Positions 1 through 13,451 of a DNA stretch of 64,000 bases are shown piece by piece. Source of the stretch: Eledone cirrhosa (Eukaryota). A program made the translations under genes and the position numbers. Where the stretch lies: NCBI GenBank assembly GCA_964016885.1, contig OZ024744.1, forward strand, positions 68,696,001 through 68,760,000. The letters are read 5' to 3'. The notes under the pieces are model-generated. The model was not told the origin of the DNA, did not search any database, and saw nothing but the letters and a program-made list of their open reading frames with translations. Position 1 is the first letter of the stretch. Each line of letters opens with the position of its first letter.

Positions 1-40
1 GCAGAGTTTGCAGCCATCATGTATGTATGTATATATGTAT

Positions 41-586
41 GTCACTTTTGACTGCTACTGGTAACATGTAACCCAGTACAACCTGTCGCATGGTCGGGTC
101 GTCGGCGACTAAATCGGCAACCCCACTAAGTTTACTTGGTGAGGTGGGTGATTTTGGACACCTTGCAGGACAAAAAACAAAACCTGAAAAAGGGCGGAAG
201 AACTCATAAGAGTCAACGGCCATCCGAAAGTGTATAAATATGTATATACACATGTACATATGTATGTATATGTGTATATACATGGGTGCATGTGTATGTA
301 TATGCATTGGGATATAGAAATAGTCGGGCTGGACACCCGATCGCGCGGTTAAACCACTGGCAGTGAAGGACACCTAGCCTTTGTCAGGGTATTCTTCTAG
401 GAGAAGCCAACTCAGGAAACTGGGATGAAAACTGCTGCTCAGTAGTTACCGATGATGTTGATCTTTTCTTCTTTTGGGGTTATAGCTACTGTCGCTCAGA
501 AAGTGGAATTGGCTCAGTGCACAGTCTTTCCTTACTTTAAAAAATATCTTCACGCACAGGCATTGCACGATAGAATTAATTAATAA
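41..586 (+). mobile_element. RTE-related non-autonomous element, 5' part (continues at 6734-6845 after the Helitron insertion)
   Basis: Shares sequence with the leader upstream of the RTE ORFs (7065-7350, 52960-53135). An uninterrupted paralog lies at 49840-50400. Confidence 0.6.
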
Positions 587-1063
587 TCTATTAATTTCAA
601 GAACGTCAGTATTCCGTGTGTCATAATTCTCGATTGGTTCATAGGTTTCAAACGACTCCGCCCACCTCAACGACGCCAAACTGAAATTAATATGCATAAT
701 GCCAACGAGGGAGTGAGAGGGGAGAGTGTGAACGCTGTGTTCAATAACTATTAACATGTGCGCGTGTGTATGTACGTGCGCGTATGTTTATGTGTGTGTG
801 CATGCGTGCAGCGTTCCACAGAAAGTAAAAACTATCAACATGTGTGAGTGTGTGCGTGTGTAAGTTTGCGTGCGAGTGCGCGTTTCCATGCGTGTATGTG
901 TGTGTACGTGCGGCGTTCCACAATCGCCACGCAGTTTATCTGTCTGTGTGCCTGTCTGTCAGTCTAACATACACAGAGTTGTGAAGGGAGTAAATAGGGA
1001 CCTTTCTTTACATTGACAGACATCTTTTATAATTATTATTGTGTCATTTTCATTTTTTGACAA

Positions 1064-4000
1064 TTGCTCGAAATGAATACTGATAATAAAAGCAATTCGA
1101 CTTTATCAAACAGTGAACTACAGCTGCGACGGCGCGCAGCCAGCAATGAAGAAAAACGGGCCGAACAGCGCCATCGGAACGCCGAACTTCAGAGGCGAAG
1201 ACGTGCCGCCATGAATGAAGAGGAGCTGGCTGGACAACGCCAACGAAACACTGGAGCCAAGCAGCGACGGCCTGCTGCGATGGTTGAAGACGAACTGGCT
1301 GAGCATCATCAGCAGATGGCCAGAATTCAGCAGCAACGGCGTGCAGCGATGGATGAAGAGGAGCTGACTGAACAACGCCAGCGCAATACAGAAGTTCAGA
1401 GAATGTGTCGCCAAAGTGCTCCTCATTCCAGTAAAGAGGCTAGAAGGCGAACGAATGAGATTAAAAATGGATCATGGCAACCATGTAATTTTCAGATTGG
1501 TGGACGAGCAGAGTAACCACATTGTGGAGCATTGCTTTGGAATCACGAAAAGACGTGGACCACAATGTGCTGTCATAAAGGAGCAGCTGAACTAGAACCC
1601 TTGCGAATGCCGGATGATGAGGAGTCACCGGAGTTTAAAATACTAAGTATGTGGGGTGATCAAGGAGACCGTGGTAGATTACTGCGCAAATATTCGCGGC
1701 AAATTAACAATTCATTAGCTTTAGCATTGCAGAGAGTTAGTGAGATGTTTGAGAGTGGAGCATGGCAACCGAATGTAGTCATTCAAGGCCGTTTGTATCA
1801 TTGTATCGGTAATTTAGAAGTTACCCCAGGAGAGAGGCATCGATTCGCTCAAATTTACGTTAACGATCCAGATTATAGGGAATCGGAGGAGGATATCAGG
1901 ATCGGTTGGATGAAGTTGCCGGGAAATATAACTGAACTTGAACGGCAAAGACAGTGTAATCCTTATGTTATGGATTTCAAGTTGGTGGCTGAACTGCAAA
2001 ATGTTCAACAGCAAACATTGGTGATTAAGGCTGACACAGTGCCAATGAATCAACATGAACGGCGATATAATGCCCCTGAAGGATTTCGTGAAGTTGCTGT
2101 GTTGATGGACGATAATCTTGGATCGAGAGATATCGTCCTCAATCACAGAGATGGTGGTCTCAAGACTATCAATGAGTCAAATAGGGCATACGATCGATTG
2201 CATTATGTTCTTTTATTCCCAAAAGGTGAAAATGGATGGAACATGTCTGTTCATTTAGATGATCATGAGAATCAGCATCAACAGGGAGGTGGCAATAGAC
2301 ACAATAATTCGATTCGCGACTTTTACGCGAACGAGATGAATCAACAGAGAAATGCACTATTTCAAGCCAGCAGATTGTTCCAGGAATACTGTTGTATGGC
2401 ATTCGCAAAGATCGAAAATCAAAGGCTAAATTATATAGCTACACATTAGCAACATATCAGAGCTGAATTGTATAATAATATACAGGATGCAATAACAGCC
2501 GATGATGCCAATTACAAGCAAATTGGTCGACGCATCATTTTGCCATCGTCGTTCATCGGCGGCCCGAGATATATGAACATTCGCTATCAGGATACAATGG
2601 CTATAGTCAGAAAGTTTGGAAAGCTAGATTTGTTTATAACGATTACATGCAATCCTGAATGGACTGATATTAAGGATGAACTTTTGCCAGGACAACAGCC
2701 AAAGGACCGTCCTGATATTGTGGCAAGAGTATTCAAAGGATATCTGAAAAAGATAATGGATGATGTGGAAAAAGAGGGAATCTTTGGGGGTATAGTTGCT
2801 TTTACATACGTAATTGAATTCCAAAAAAGAGGATTGCCACATACATATTTGCTGATCATTTTGCATAGAGATTGCAAATTGAGATGTGCTGAGGATGTCG
2901 ACAGCATTGTGTGTGCTGAACTGCCGGAGAATGAGGCACTACGCAACTTGGTGGCAAAGTCAATGGTGCACAACCAATGCGGAGTGGCAAATCGGAAAGC
3001 GCCTTGCATGAAAAATGGCCAATGCAGTAAGCACTTTCCGAAATCTTTTGTCACGAACACTTCCTGGAACGATGGGAATGCTCATCCCTCATACAGAAGA
3101 CGGTCGCCTGCAGATGGCGGTTTGGTCGAAAATGTAAACGGCCGACAGGTTACAAATCAATGGGTTGTGCCATACAATCCATATTTGATTATGAAATATT
3201 GTTGTCATATTAATGTGGACATTTGTAGCTCAGTGAAAGCTTGCAAATATCTATTCAAATATGTTTACAAAGGTCATAATCGGGCAATGATTAATGTCAA
3301 GAATGAGGAAGCGAACCAAGGAGATGAAGTTGGCAGGTTCCAGGATGTTCGCTCGATTGGATCTAGCGAAGCTTGCTGGAGATTGTTCGATTTTGATCTC
3401 AATGAACGCAAACCCAGCGTTCAGAAACTGACGCTTCACTTAGAGAATAGGCAAATGGTCTGTTTTTAGGACACAAGAAGAGGTGTCGAAAGAATTGCTA
3501 ACGCACCATCTCCTAAGACGGAATTGACTGAGTGGTTCAAGCATAATAGGGAACATGCTTTGAACCCGGATCAAAGGCAACTCTACTGCGATTTCCCTTC
3601 GCACTATACGTGGGATAAGAAGGGAAAGAAATGGAATGATAGAAAACTAAAGTTGAGATTCATGACTATTGGATGGGTTTGTAATGTCCATCCAGCATCT
3701 GGTGATGTGTTTTAACTCCGAATTCTGTTGCATAATTATTTTTCGAGACGTAAACAGAGCTTCGCTGATTTGAAAACAATCAATGGCGTGGAATATGAAG
3801 CATACCAGGCTGTGTGTCAGCATCTGGGACTCCTTCAGGATGACGCTGAATGGAATAACGCCATGGAAGCTGTAGGAACAACACAGATGCCAGCTCAAAT
3901 AAGGCAGTTGTTTGTCACGATTCTAGGATTCTACAATCCTGCTGATCCAAGAGAGTTATTTGGACGCCATTGGGGAATTATGGCTGATGATTTTAGGCAT

Positions 4001-5620
4001 AATTTTCAGGTCGATGATGAAAATTTGATGAAAGCTATTGTTTTGCTCAATATTGAGCAACTGCTTGAAGTTCATTTCAAATGTTTAACAGATTTCAATT
4101 TGCCAATTCCTGATGAAGAAATACGGCAACGTATCTTAGCATTGAACATGAGATTGCAGCTTAGACGGTTGCCACTCGATCGGAGGGAACTATTCCAGTT
4201 TGATCCACTGGAACAGCAACGTATTGTGGATGAACGTATGCCAATGTTGACCGAATCTCAGAGAGGATTGGTCGATGGCGTTCTCCACTCGATTTCCACT
4301 AATGAGCAACTTTGTGCTTTCATAGATGCTCCAGGAGGCACCGGAAAGACATTCTATTTCAACACTATGTTATCGGCAGTCAGAGCTCAGAGGAAGATTG
4401 CTCTCCCTGTGGCCACCAGTGGGAACGCTGCCACTTTGCTGAGTGGTGGAAGGACCTTCCACTCATGCTTCAAGGCTCCATTGGCTCCGGATGAGTTGAG
4501 TGTCTGTAACATTACAGGACAAAGTGAACTCGCGGGCCTTATACGCAATACGTCTCTGATTATTTGGGACGAGGCTCCAATGGCACAAATATATTTGCTG
4601 GAGACATTGGACAGAACTTTGAGAGATATCTGCGGTAGTTACCTGCCATTCGGTGGTAAGACTATCGTTCTTGGTGGCGGTTTCAGAAAGGTGCTACCAA
4701 TTGTTAGGAATGCTCAAAGAGCGCAAATTGTCGATGCATGTCTGAAAAAGTCCCCGTTGTGGCGCCATTTCAGAGTTTTGCGATTACACGATAATATGCG
4801 ACTTCGTATGTTCGGGCAAAACGTAGAGGCTGAAACATACGGCCAATGGTTGATGCAGTTGGGAAACGATGAATTGCCACACGTTGGTGATAATCAGACT
4901 GTAAGAATCCCAGACAATTTGGTCATGCCACTGGACCGCCAAACATTGATTGACTGGGTGTTCCCTAATTTGAATGCTTTTTGGCAGAATATCTCCTGGA
5001 TATCGGAACGCGTTATTCTAACTCATACGAATGCAACGGTCGATGAAATAAATTCACAAGTAGCCGGAATGTTTCCCGGAGAGGAATGGTTGACCGTCAG
5101 CGCGGATGCAATGGAGCCTAATCAGTAGAACAATATGGATGTTCCGACTGAGTATCTGAATTCACTTCAAATACCCGGATTTCCCCCACATATTTTGAGG
5201 TTGAAAAAGGGTATGCCGATTATATTGCTTAGAAATATCAATCATAAAATAGGTCTTTGCAATGGTACCAGATTGATTGTTGAGAGATTGATTAACGGGA
5301 GAGTTTTAGAAGCTAAACTCCCAGGCAGAGAGGAATCGGTTCTCATTCCGAGGATCATACTGAGACCAAGTGAAGATCTGCCATTCATTTGGCAAAGGAG
5401 ACAGTTTCCCGTCAATTTGGCATTCTTCATGACTGTCAACAAGGCACAGGGACAGACTTTCAAGCGAGTCGGTGTCTACTTGAATGATCCAGCATTCAGC
5501 CATTGGCAACTGTATGTTGCTGCATCTCGAGTGTGCGATCCTGATGGTATAAAATTTGCAATTGATACCACTAACAGAGGAACAACCCTGAATATTGTCT
5601 ATAATGAAGCTTTGAGCTGA
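1064..5620 (+). pseudogene. Helitron Rep/Helicase (HUH Rep + PIF1 helicase), broken by stops into ORFs 1064-1516, 1532-2449, 2468-3469, 3524-3715, 3728-5128 and 5135-5620
   Basis: Rep motifs LFITITCNPEW, VIEFQKRGLPH and KYLFKYVYKG. PIF1 motifs DAPGGTGKT, IIWDEAPM, FGGKTIVLGG and RQFPVNLAFFMTVNKAQGQT. Confidence 0.95.
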
Positions 5621-5651
5621 TGTATGCTTATCTTTAATGCTATCAATAAGT

Positions 5652-5985
5652 GACGTAAATGATTCGGACATTGGTGTCCTTTGATCAGTATTGTGAGCTT
5701 TGACAGAGTTATCATTTATGTTCAATGTCATTTAATGTCGTTATGAGCAATAAAAACAAACAAGTATTGGTAAAAATTGCTTTCACTGCTATTTTGCACA
5801 ATAAATACCAACAAGTATTGGTGGAAATTGCCTTCACTGCTCTGAATATTCGACGTAAATGATTCAGACATTGGTGTCCTTTGATCAGTATTGTGAGCTT
5901 TGACAGAGTTATTATTACTGTTCAATGTCATTTATTGTCGATAATGACCAATAAAAACCAACAAGTATTGGTAGAAATTGCCTTC
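5652..5985. repeat. About 200-bp direct tandem duplication in the Helitron 3' region
   Basis: gacgtaaatgattc(g/a)gacattggtgtcctttgatcagtattgtgagctttgacagag occurs at 5652 and 5852. Confidence 0.85.
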
Positions 5986-7360
5986 AAATGTATCGCTTCT
6001 GATAGCGGTGGTAATAATACCTCATCATATGCTGAGTCTGGCAAAAGTTTTGGTGCCTATGGCCGGCCAGGGCTAGAGTAATATTGAAAAACGATTCTAT
6101 TTTCGAAGTAGAAGGATCCGCCATTTGGAGTTCAAACCAGGCCACCTCCCCGAGTTGAACTCTGTGCAATATTGACTGTCTATTACTCAATGGCTAAGAG
6201 CCTGGAAATTACTGAATACATTTTTGTGTCATATAATTTGTTGTTTTATTATTATAGCTGACCACTTATAGATAAGCATGTTATCCATATCCATATTAAT
6301 TTGGCATTTGTATAAACCATTTCAAGTAAATAGGGACCTTTTTTACATTGACGGACATCTTTTATATTAATTATCTATATCTATATCTACATATAATATA
6401 AAAGATTGGAACTTCCATCATCCTTTTGAGAAACGTGGAACAACCACGTCTATGCAATGATACACATTTTACAGTCAGGCAGAAGATGAACCATCTCCTA
6501 GAGGTCACTATTCTAGGTGGGAGCACCTAGAATTGTTCATATACTATGCACAAACAGTACAACGAAGAATCTGGTATATCTGGATGATTTTTTTTTACTG
6601 TTTTTGGTATCACACAGACACCACGGACACGCCTCATACTGTAACCAGACAAACATCCAATACAGTCATTATCTCTTTTATCTGTCTTCTCTCATCATCT
6701 GTTTATTCGGACGAAGCTGGGTACGTCAGCCTGTTATTAATAATTGTATATCGTGCAATGACCATACTTGATAGCGAGGGGTCAACCATCATATATGTAT
6801 GTATGTATGTATGTATATATGTATGTATGTATGTATGTATGTCAACATGTAAGTCAACAGTTGACATAATCTTGTAATCTTGTATCAGTAATGACGGTAA
6901 TATATATGTGTGTGTGCATGTAAGTGAGTAGAGTAGCGTGTGTGTGTGTTTGTTGTATGTATGAGTGTTGCTGTGTGCGCGCATATGTATGCGTGTGTGT
7001 GTATGTCGTACGTATAAGTGTCAATAAGTGATTTTTTTTTTTTTTTTTTTTGCGCGCGCGGGGACATAGAAATAATCGGGCTGGATGCCCGATCGCGCAG
7101 TTAAACCACTGGGAGTGAAGAACCCCTAGCCCTTGTCAGGGTATTCTTCTAGGAGAAGGCATCTCAGGAAACTGGGTTAACTCCGATATAAAACCTGCGG
7201 CTCAGTAGTTACCGATGATGTTGATCTTTTCTTCTTTTCGGGTTATAGCTACTGTCGCTCAGAGAGTGGGATTGGCTCAGTGCACAGTCTTTCCTCACTT
7301 TAAAAATATTCGTCACGCACAGGCATTGGACGAGTGCATTAATAATTATTAATAGTGTAC

Positions 7361-7399
<39 letters not shown>

Positions 7400-9090
7400 T
7401 ATTATTATTTTTTTTCCAATTCAATGATGTTCCAGAACAATGTAAACGAGATAATTGCCAATTTGGGTTCTGGAACAAAAAAGATCATTGGCAATAAGGG
7501 CAGGGGCCACAAGTTATCACAACCTGGGCCCGCCCGTCATCGTGTCATTGTAATAGAGCCAAACAGGGCATTTAGTCTTGGCTGCTGGAACGTACGGACG
7601 CTGCTTAACAGGGATTCTTTGGAGCGTCCTGAACGAAGGACCGCTCTTGTTGCAAAGGAGCTTCGACGTTACGATCTTGACATCGTGGCTTTATCTGAGA
7701 CGAGGTTAGCTGGAGATGGTCATCTTACGGAATTTTGTGGAGAATATACATTCTTCTGGAAAGGAAGAGATGAAGGAACCAGAAGAGAGGCTGGGGTAGG
7801 ATTTGCTGTTAAGACTGTACTGGTGAATAAATTAGAAGAATTCCTAGTAGGGATTAGTGAGCGTCTTATGTCCATGAGAGTTCCGCTAGACAAGGGAAGA
7901 TATGCTACCCTGGTTAGTGTGTATGCTCCAACTATGAATTCTGTCGATGAAGAAAAACTGTCCTTTTACCATGCCTTGAAAGGTGTTCTAAGAAATATCC
8001 CTCAGGCAGACAAAGTCATCGTGCTTGGTGACTTTAATGTTAGAGTGGGTAGGGATTTTAACACATGGAATGTAATCGGAAGGCATGGGGTGGGAAAGTG
8101 TAACAGCAATGGTATGCTCTTGCTGCAGATGTGTGAGGAGCTGGATCTGTGTGTTACCAACACCATGTTCCAAAAGAACAAATTCAAGACCACATGGATG
8201 CATCCTGCATCTGAGGAATGGCATCTTTTGGACTACGTCCTAGTCAGGATGCGGGATGTGCAGTGTGTTCGTCCTCTTCGTGGAGCTGAGTGCTGGACGG
8301 ACCACCCGCCTGGTACGCGCAAAAGTGAATCTAATCACCAAACGTAAAATCCGGGCTCCTGGTGCTACCCTGCCCAAAAGATTGAATGCTGCTCGTCTTA
8401 AGGATAAAAATGTGAAGAGGACATTGGAAGAAGAGATGCAGGCTGCAGATCTTTGTGAGGATTGGCCGACCCTTAAAATGTCGGTTTATGATGTAGGCAG
8501 ACGTGTTCTGGGATTGGTGCAGAGAAAACATCAGGACTGGTTTAATGAGAATTATGTACATATAGAAGACTTGTTGGCTGATAAGAGGCGTGCTCTGTCA
8601 CGCTACTTGACGGCAAAACCACCGTGTTAGGCGGAGTCTTTCTCAGATGAAGGATCAGTGGTGGAGTGAGAAGGCTGGTGAGATACAAACTGCGTCTGAT
8701 TGCAATAACACAAAGCTGTTGTACAGTCTCTTGCGTGAGGTTTATGGACCGTCTTCTTCTCTGGTGACACCGATTCGCAGCAAGGATGGCAAAGAACTTC
8801 TTCGTGACTCATAGGGTATTCTACGAAGGTGGCGAGAGCACTTTGATGATCTTTTGAATCAGCCGTCTGTCGTCAGTGAAGATTTCCTCAATCTCATTCC
8901 GGAAAGTCCTGTGAAAGTAGCTCTCGCAGAACCTCCGACGCTTGTGGAGGTTGCAGTGGCTATTTCGAAGCTGAACAGTGGAAGATCTCCAGGTATGGAT
9001 GGCATACATGCTGAGCTCCTACAATATGGTGGTGAGAGACTCCTGTAACATCTTCACTCTCTGTTTGGAAGGATATGGGCTAATGAATCC

Positions 9091-10548
9091 GTGCCTGAGG
9101 ACTGGAGAGATGCAGTAATGGTGGTCTTGTACAAGGGAAAGGGTAACAGGAATGATTGTGGGAACTACAGAGGTATATCATTGCTTTCTGTCGTAGGGAA
9201 AGTTTTATGTAGGGTGCTTCTGGACCGTCTGCTGACACACATTGCAGATTGTGTCCTTCCTGAAAGTCAATCTGGTTTTCGTGCTGGACGCGGCACTACT
9301 GATATGATCTTCTCAGCTAGACAGCTCCAGGAGAAGTGCATTGAACAGGGCTTGGATCTGTATCAGGTTTTTATCGATCTGACAAAGGCTTTCGATACTG
9401 TCAACAGAGATGCATTATGGAAGGTTCTCCAGAAATTTGGTTGCCCTGATAAGTTCCTTGCTTTAGTTAGGTCTTTCCATGACGACATGAAGGCTTGGGT
9501 TAATGTCGGAGATAACATGTCGGAGCCTATCTCAGTAAAAAATGGAGTGAAACAGGGGGATATTCCAGCACCGACCCTGTTTGAAATATACTTTGCAATG
9601 GTTTTCTGTATTGCATTCAGGAATTGCGAGCATGGTGTTTACATCCGATATCGAACCTCAGGCAGCATATTTAACATCAGGCGCTTTGCTGCGAAGACAA
9701 AAGTATTTACATCAGTCATAAGAGACCTCTTGTATGCAGATGATTGCGATCTTGTAGCGCACACAGAGAGTGATATGCAGCACATTTTGAATGTATTTTC
9801 TGACGCTTGCACTGCCCTGGGTCTGACTGTCAGTCTCAAGAAAACCGTCGTCATGTACCAACCTGCCCCTAGTAAGCAGTACACTGAACCAAACATCTAT
9901 GTTTATGGCAAACGACTTGGAGTGGTTGATCAGTTTGTCTACCTGGGAAGCACTGTCAATCGATACGGCAACCTTGACGGTGAAATCTCACTTAGGATTA
10001 GGAAAGCAAGTGATGCTTTCGGAAAGCTAGAAAGGCGACTCTGGGGTCGGCGAGACATATGCAGGAGGACAAAGGTAAAGGTGTACAGGGCATGTGTACT
10101 CTGTTGTCTTTTTTATGCCTGCGAGACCTGGGTCACATATCGACGCCACCTTAAGCAATTGGAGCGTTTCCATCAGATGTGTCTCAGACGGATCCATGGC
10201 GTTCACTGGAGGGACCACAACAGTGATGTCGAGATTTTGGAAAGCTCTATGTGTAACAGCATAGAAGCTCTTGTGCTTAAGCAACGACTCTGTTGGAGTG
10301 TTCACCTTGCCAGGATGAATGATTCTAGAATACCAAAACAACTCTTTTATGGAGAGTTGGTTAAAGGAAAACGACCGCCACATAAACCAAAAAGGAGGTA
10401 TAAGGATTCCTTGAAAGCCTCTCTGAAAGACGCTAACATCTCTGCTGATACATGGGAAAATATTGCTGCTGTTGTAATAAATGGAGTAAGACTGTATATG
10501 AGGGAAAAGTTGCCTTTGAGGCATCTCGAATCGCACACGAGAAAGTAA
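9091..10548 (+). pseudogene. RTE reverse transcriptase fragment
   Basis: 485-aa ORF with YADD and the RTE thumb motif RIPKQLFYGEL. Confidence 0.93.
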
Positions 10549-10913
10549 AGCGGGATGTGAGGAAGGACATTGCTGTTGCACTTCCAGACGGCGAGGGTCC
10601 TCCTAAGGTGCTGATATGCAGCGTCTGTGCGAGAGACTGCCTACGCAAAGCTGGACTCGAAAGTCATCTTCGCAGTCATAAAGTAAGACCAGTGGTTGAC
10701 TACAAGGCTGCTGTTGGAGATGCTACTCATCATGCTTGCCAAACATGTGGTAGAGAATGTAAATCAGCAGGAGGGCTCAAGCGACATGCAAAAGTACACG
10801 AACTCCAACCACAGCCGACTATTCCCAGTGAATGTTTTGGTTGCCGACTCTGTGCAAGACATTTTAGATCATTGGCTGGGCTAAAAAGCCACATTCGATC
10901 GCAGCACTGTTAG
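10452..10913 (+). pseudogene. C-terminal triple C2H2 zinc-finger region of the RTE ORF (frameshifted from RT)
   Basis: CSVC..HLRSH, CQTC..HAKVH and CRLC..HIRSQH. Confidence 0.85.
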
Positions 10914-11118
10914 TTGCTATCGCGCGCGCGTGTGTGTGTGTAGATATGCTTATGTGCGTGCGCGTGTGTCTATATATATATGAATATGTATATTATTATT
11001 GTTGTTGTCGTTATTATTATTATTGCTATTATTATTGCTATTATTATTATTATTGTTATTAATGTGTGTGTATATGTGTGTGTGTATGTGTATGTATGTG
11101 TGTATGTATATGTGTATG

Positions 11119-11191
<73 letters not shown>

Positions 11192-11458
11192 CTCTCTTCT
11201 CTTTTTTTTTTTTTTTATTTATTTTTTATTATTATTATTATTATTATTGGCGACCTACGGAGGAAATCGTATTATCGTGAGCTCCGCAAAGGTTTGTTAT
11301 TTCCGTTTGTTTAAAAATTGCCATTTATGGAAAATTTTATTGTAAACTGTTTATAAGCACACATACATTGTTTTCCGAAAAGGACACCCAAAAAGATTGG
11401 GGCCTTGTGCCCAAAAATTTTAACTTTTATTATTATCCAAAAATTTCTTTGAAAAAAA

Positions 11459-13417
11459 ATGGCTAATTCCCCTCTGCACGAAGCAGCTGAAAGCCTTCCT
11501 CACAAAATAACACCTCACACCGACACCACCATTGTAAATGTTACTACGTTTGCCAACACAAAAAAAAATATAAGCAGTAGCAATATTTTAAATTTGTCTC
11601 AGGCAGACATTCATTTCCCGCCATTACCAATGACTGCAGGTGTTAAACCCTCCACCACCACCACCACCGCGACAACAGAAACAAAAAAAGAAAAAAATAA
11701 ATTAACTCGTGACGTCGAAGTGAAATCAAGTAAAATGGACTCTTCCCCATCAAAGACGACTAACGTCACCACCACCACAACTGAAAATAAAATTAATATT
11801 AACGATAGCAACAACAACAACAATGACATTATAAAACCGACCCTGAGTTTCGCCATCGTAGCAAAACATTTCGAAGCGTTCACGGTAACTCAAGAAGATT
11901 TAGAAAATGCCAAACAAATGGTAAAGAAAGATGGGTACAGGGTCAGCCTCACCCCCCCCCCTAATAAAATGGAGCATCGGCGCCTATGCACCGTGTCGTA
12001 TAGAACAATAAATGTAAAATCGCGCCGAGTGGAACGGGCATCCGAGTCCCAAATCCAAAAAGCTTTGGGACATGTGTGGGCAAGAAAAACCCACATCAGA
12101 CGTGGGCAAAAGTATGGAACCGTGGATGTGTTCTTTGAAACACCAGAGGAGGCTAGAGAACACTCCATGGCCCCATTAAAAAGTGACGACTTCACACTAG
12201 TCCCAAGCTATTGTGGCCAGAGACTCGTAAAGATCAGGGTGACCCACGTTCCACCGGCCATCGAAATTCCCTGGCTAATAGCGGCTGTCATCGCCGGCAT
12301 CGAGGCCAACACGAAAATAATAACAATAGCAAAAGAAAAGCAGGAAAACTGGTCCGGATCTGGGATGGAGCTCCTGATCCAAGCGGACCAAAAAAGCATT
12401 GAGGAGATCCCAGAGGTAATAGACCTCACTGACGGCAGCCACCTCACGGTAATTGTCGAGGGCAGAAGACCTAGGTGTGTCGTTTGTGGTGAAGGAACCC
12501 ACCTAAGGGCTTTCTGCCCTCAGGCTAAAAGGTTGAGGCCACCTCTCCTACCCACCCCAGTGACACAACCATCAACACCACCAGTAGCAGAGATGCCAAC
12601 AACAACTGTAGCAGCAACAACAGAAGCAACTATAACGGCAACAACCCCAGCAACAGTAGCAAAACCAACACCACTACCACCACCAGCAAAACCAACACCA
12701 CCACCACCCAACGCTTCAGAACTAGCACCAGCGCCTACACCATCCACCACACCACAACCAAAACTAACGGCTGTGGAGGATTTTCCACTCCCCGGCCTAT
12801 CACAACTGGAGACAGATTGTGACGACGAGGAGTGGGAAACGATATCCGGAAAAAAAAAAGAAACCAAAAAAGAAAAAAATTCTCTTCCTTCTCCCTCCAA
12901 AAACAAAACACAGAGGGAAACAAATAAACTAAGAAACAAAAAGGTTAGGACAGATATGCCACCATCCACACCAGCATCACCAACCCCATCAACCCAAACA
13001 CCAACACCATCACCATCATTAACTCCAACACCACCATCACCTACACCACAAAAGTCACCAAAATGCGAAACAGAAACAAACCCACAACAAACGCAAACAA
13101 AACAAAACAACCAAAACGATACACACTACACAGCATTAAATTTGAACAACAAGCAATTATTACACTACATCCAACACAACACCAGCATCACAGAAAAAGA
13201 CTACACAACAACCCCAAAATTCACACCACCTCCACACATACAAATCACTCGCATCACACAGAAAACGTACATGACACTAAAACAAAAATTCCCCAAAGAC
13301 ATCGGAGACTTCCGACAAGCACTCTCCAGGAGGATTTATAAGGACATCCTTCCTGAGGAGGCCACAAGCAGTGAAAAGGATGGAAAAACCGTCCTTCCCC
13401 TACGAGAAGTAAGGTAA
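11459..13417 (+). CDS. Tx1-like ORF1 protein (CCHC knuckle, Pro/Thr-rich tail), 652 aa
   Basis: CVVCGEGTHLRAFC knuckle. Directly upstream of ORF2. Confidence 0.88.
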   Translation: MANSPLHEAAESLPHKITPHTDTTIVNVTTFANTKKNISSSNILNLSQADIHFPPLPMTAGVKPSTTTTTATTETKKEKNKLTRDVEVKSSKMDSSPSKTTNVTTTTTENKININDSNNNNNDIIKPTLSFAIVAKHFEAFTVTQEDLENAKQMVKKDGYRVSLTPPPNKMEHRRLCTVSYRTINVKSRRVERASESQIQKALGHVWARKTHIRRGQKYGTVDVFFETPEEAREHSMAPLKSDDFTLVPSYCGQRLVKIRVTHVPPAIEIPWLIAAVIAGIEANTKIITIAKEKQENWSGSGMELLIQADQKSIEEIPEVIDLTDGSHLTVIVEGRRPRCVVCGEGTHLRAFCPQAKRLRPPLLPTPVTQPSTPPVAEMPTTTVAATTEATITATTPATVAKPTPLPPPAKPTPPPPNASELAPAPTPSTTPQPKLTAVEDFPLPGLSQLETDCDDEEWETISGKKKETKKEKNSLPSPSKNKTQRETNKLRNKKVRTDMPPSTPASPTPSTQTPTPSPSLTPTPPSPTPQKSPKCETETNPQQTQTKQNNQNDTHYTALNLNNKQLLHYIQHNTSITEKDYTTTPKFTPPPHIQITRITQKTYMTLKQKFPKDIGDFRQALSRRIYKDILPEEATSSEKDGKTVLPLREVR

Positions 13418-13451
13418 GTGGTCTTTCCCATCTTTTCCACTCCTTTTCAAC

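Larger units (their letters stand above)
587..6733 (+). mobile_element. Helitron (decayed autonomous type), about 6.1 kb
   Basis: Starts TCTATT after an A and ends ...gaagctgggtacgtcagcctg before a T, with no TSD. The flanks rejoin to match the empty site at about 50291-50335. Contains a Rep/Hel pseudogene. Confidence 0.85.
7065..10913 (+). mobile_element. RTE-clade LINE, near full length, decayed (copy A)
   Basis: APE motifs (GCWNVRTL, DIVALSETR, SVYAPT, LGDFN, LLDY) and RT motifs (NYRGISLLS, FIDLTKAFD, GVKQG, LLYADD) in RTE-typical context. Several stops and frameshifts. Confidence 0.93.

Noticed and set aside
1064-1516. Separate host gene with Arg/Gln/Glu repeats
   Set aside because: Repetitive helical N-terminus of the Helitron Rep/Hel, separated only by a stop codon.
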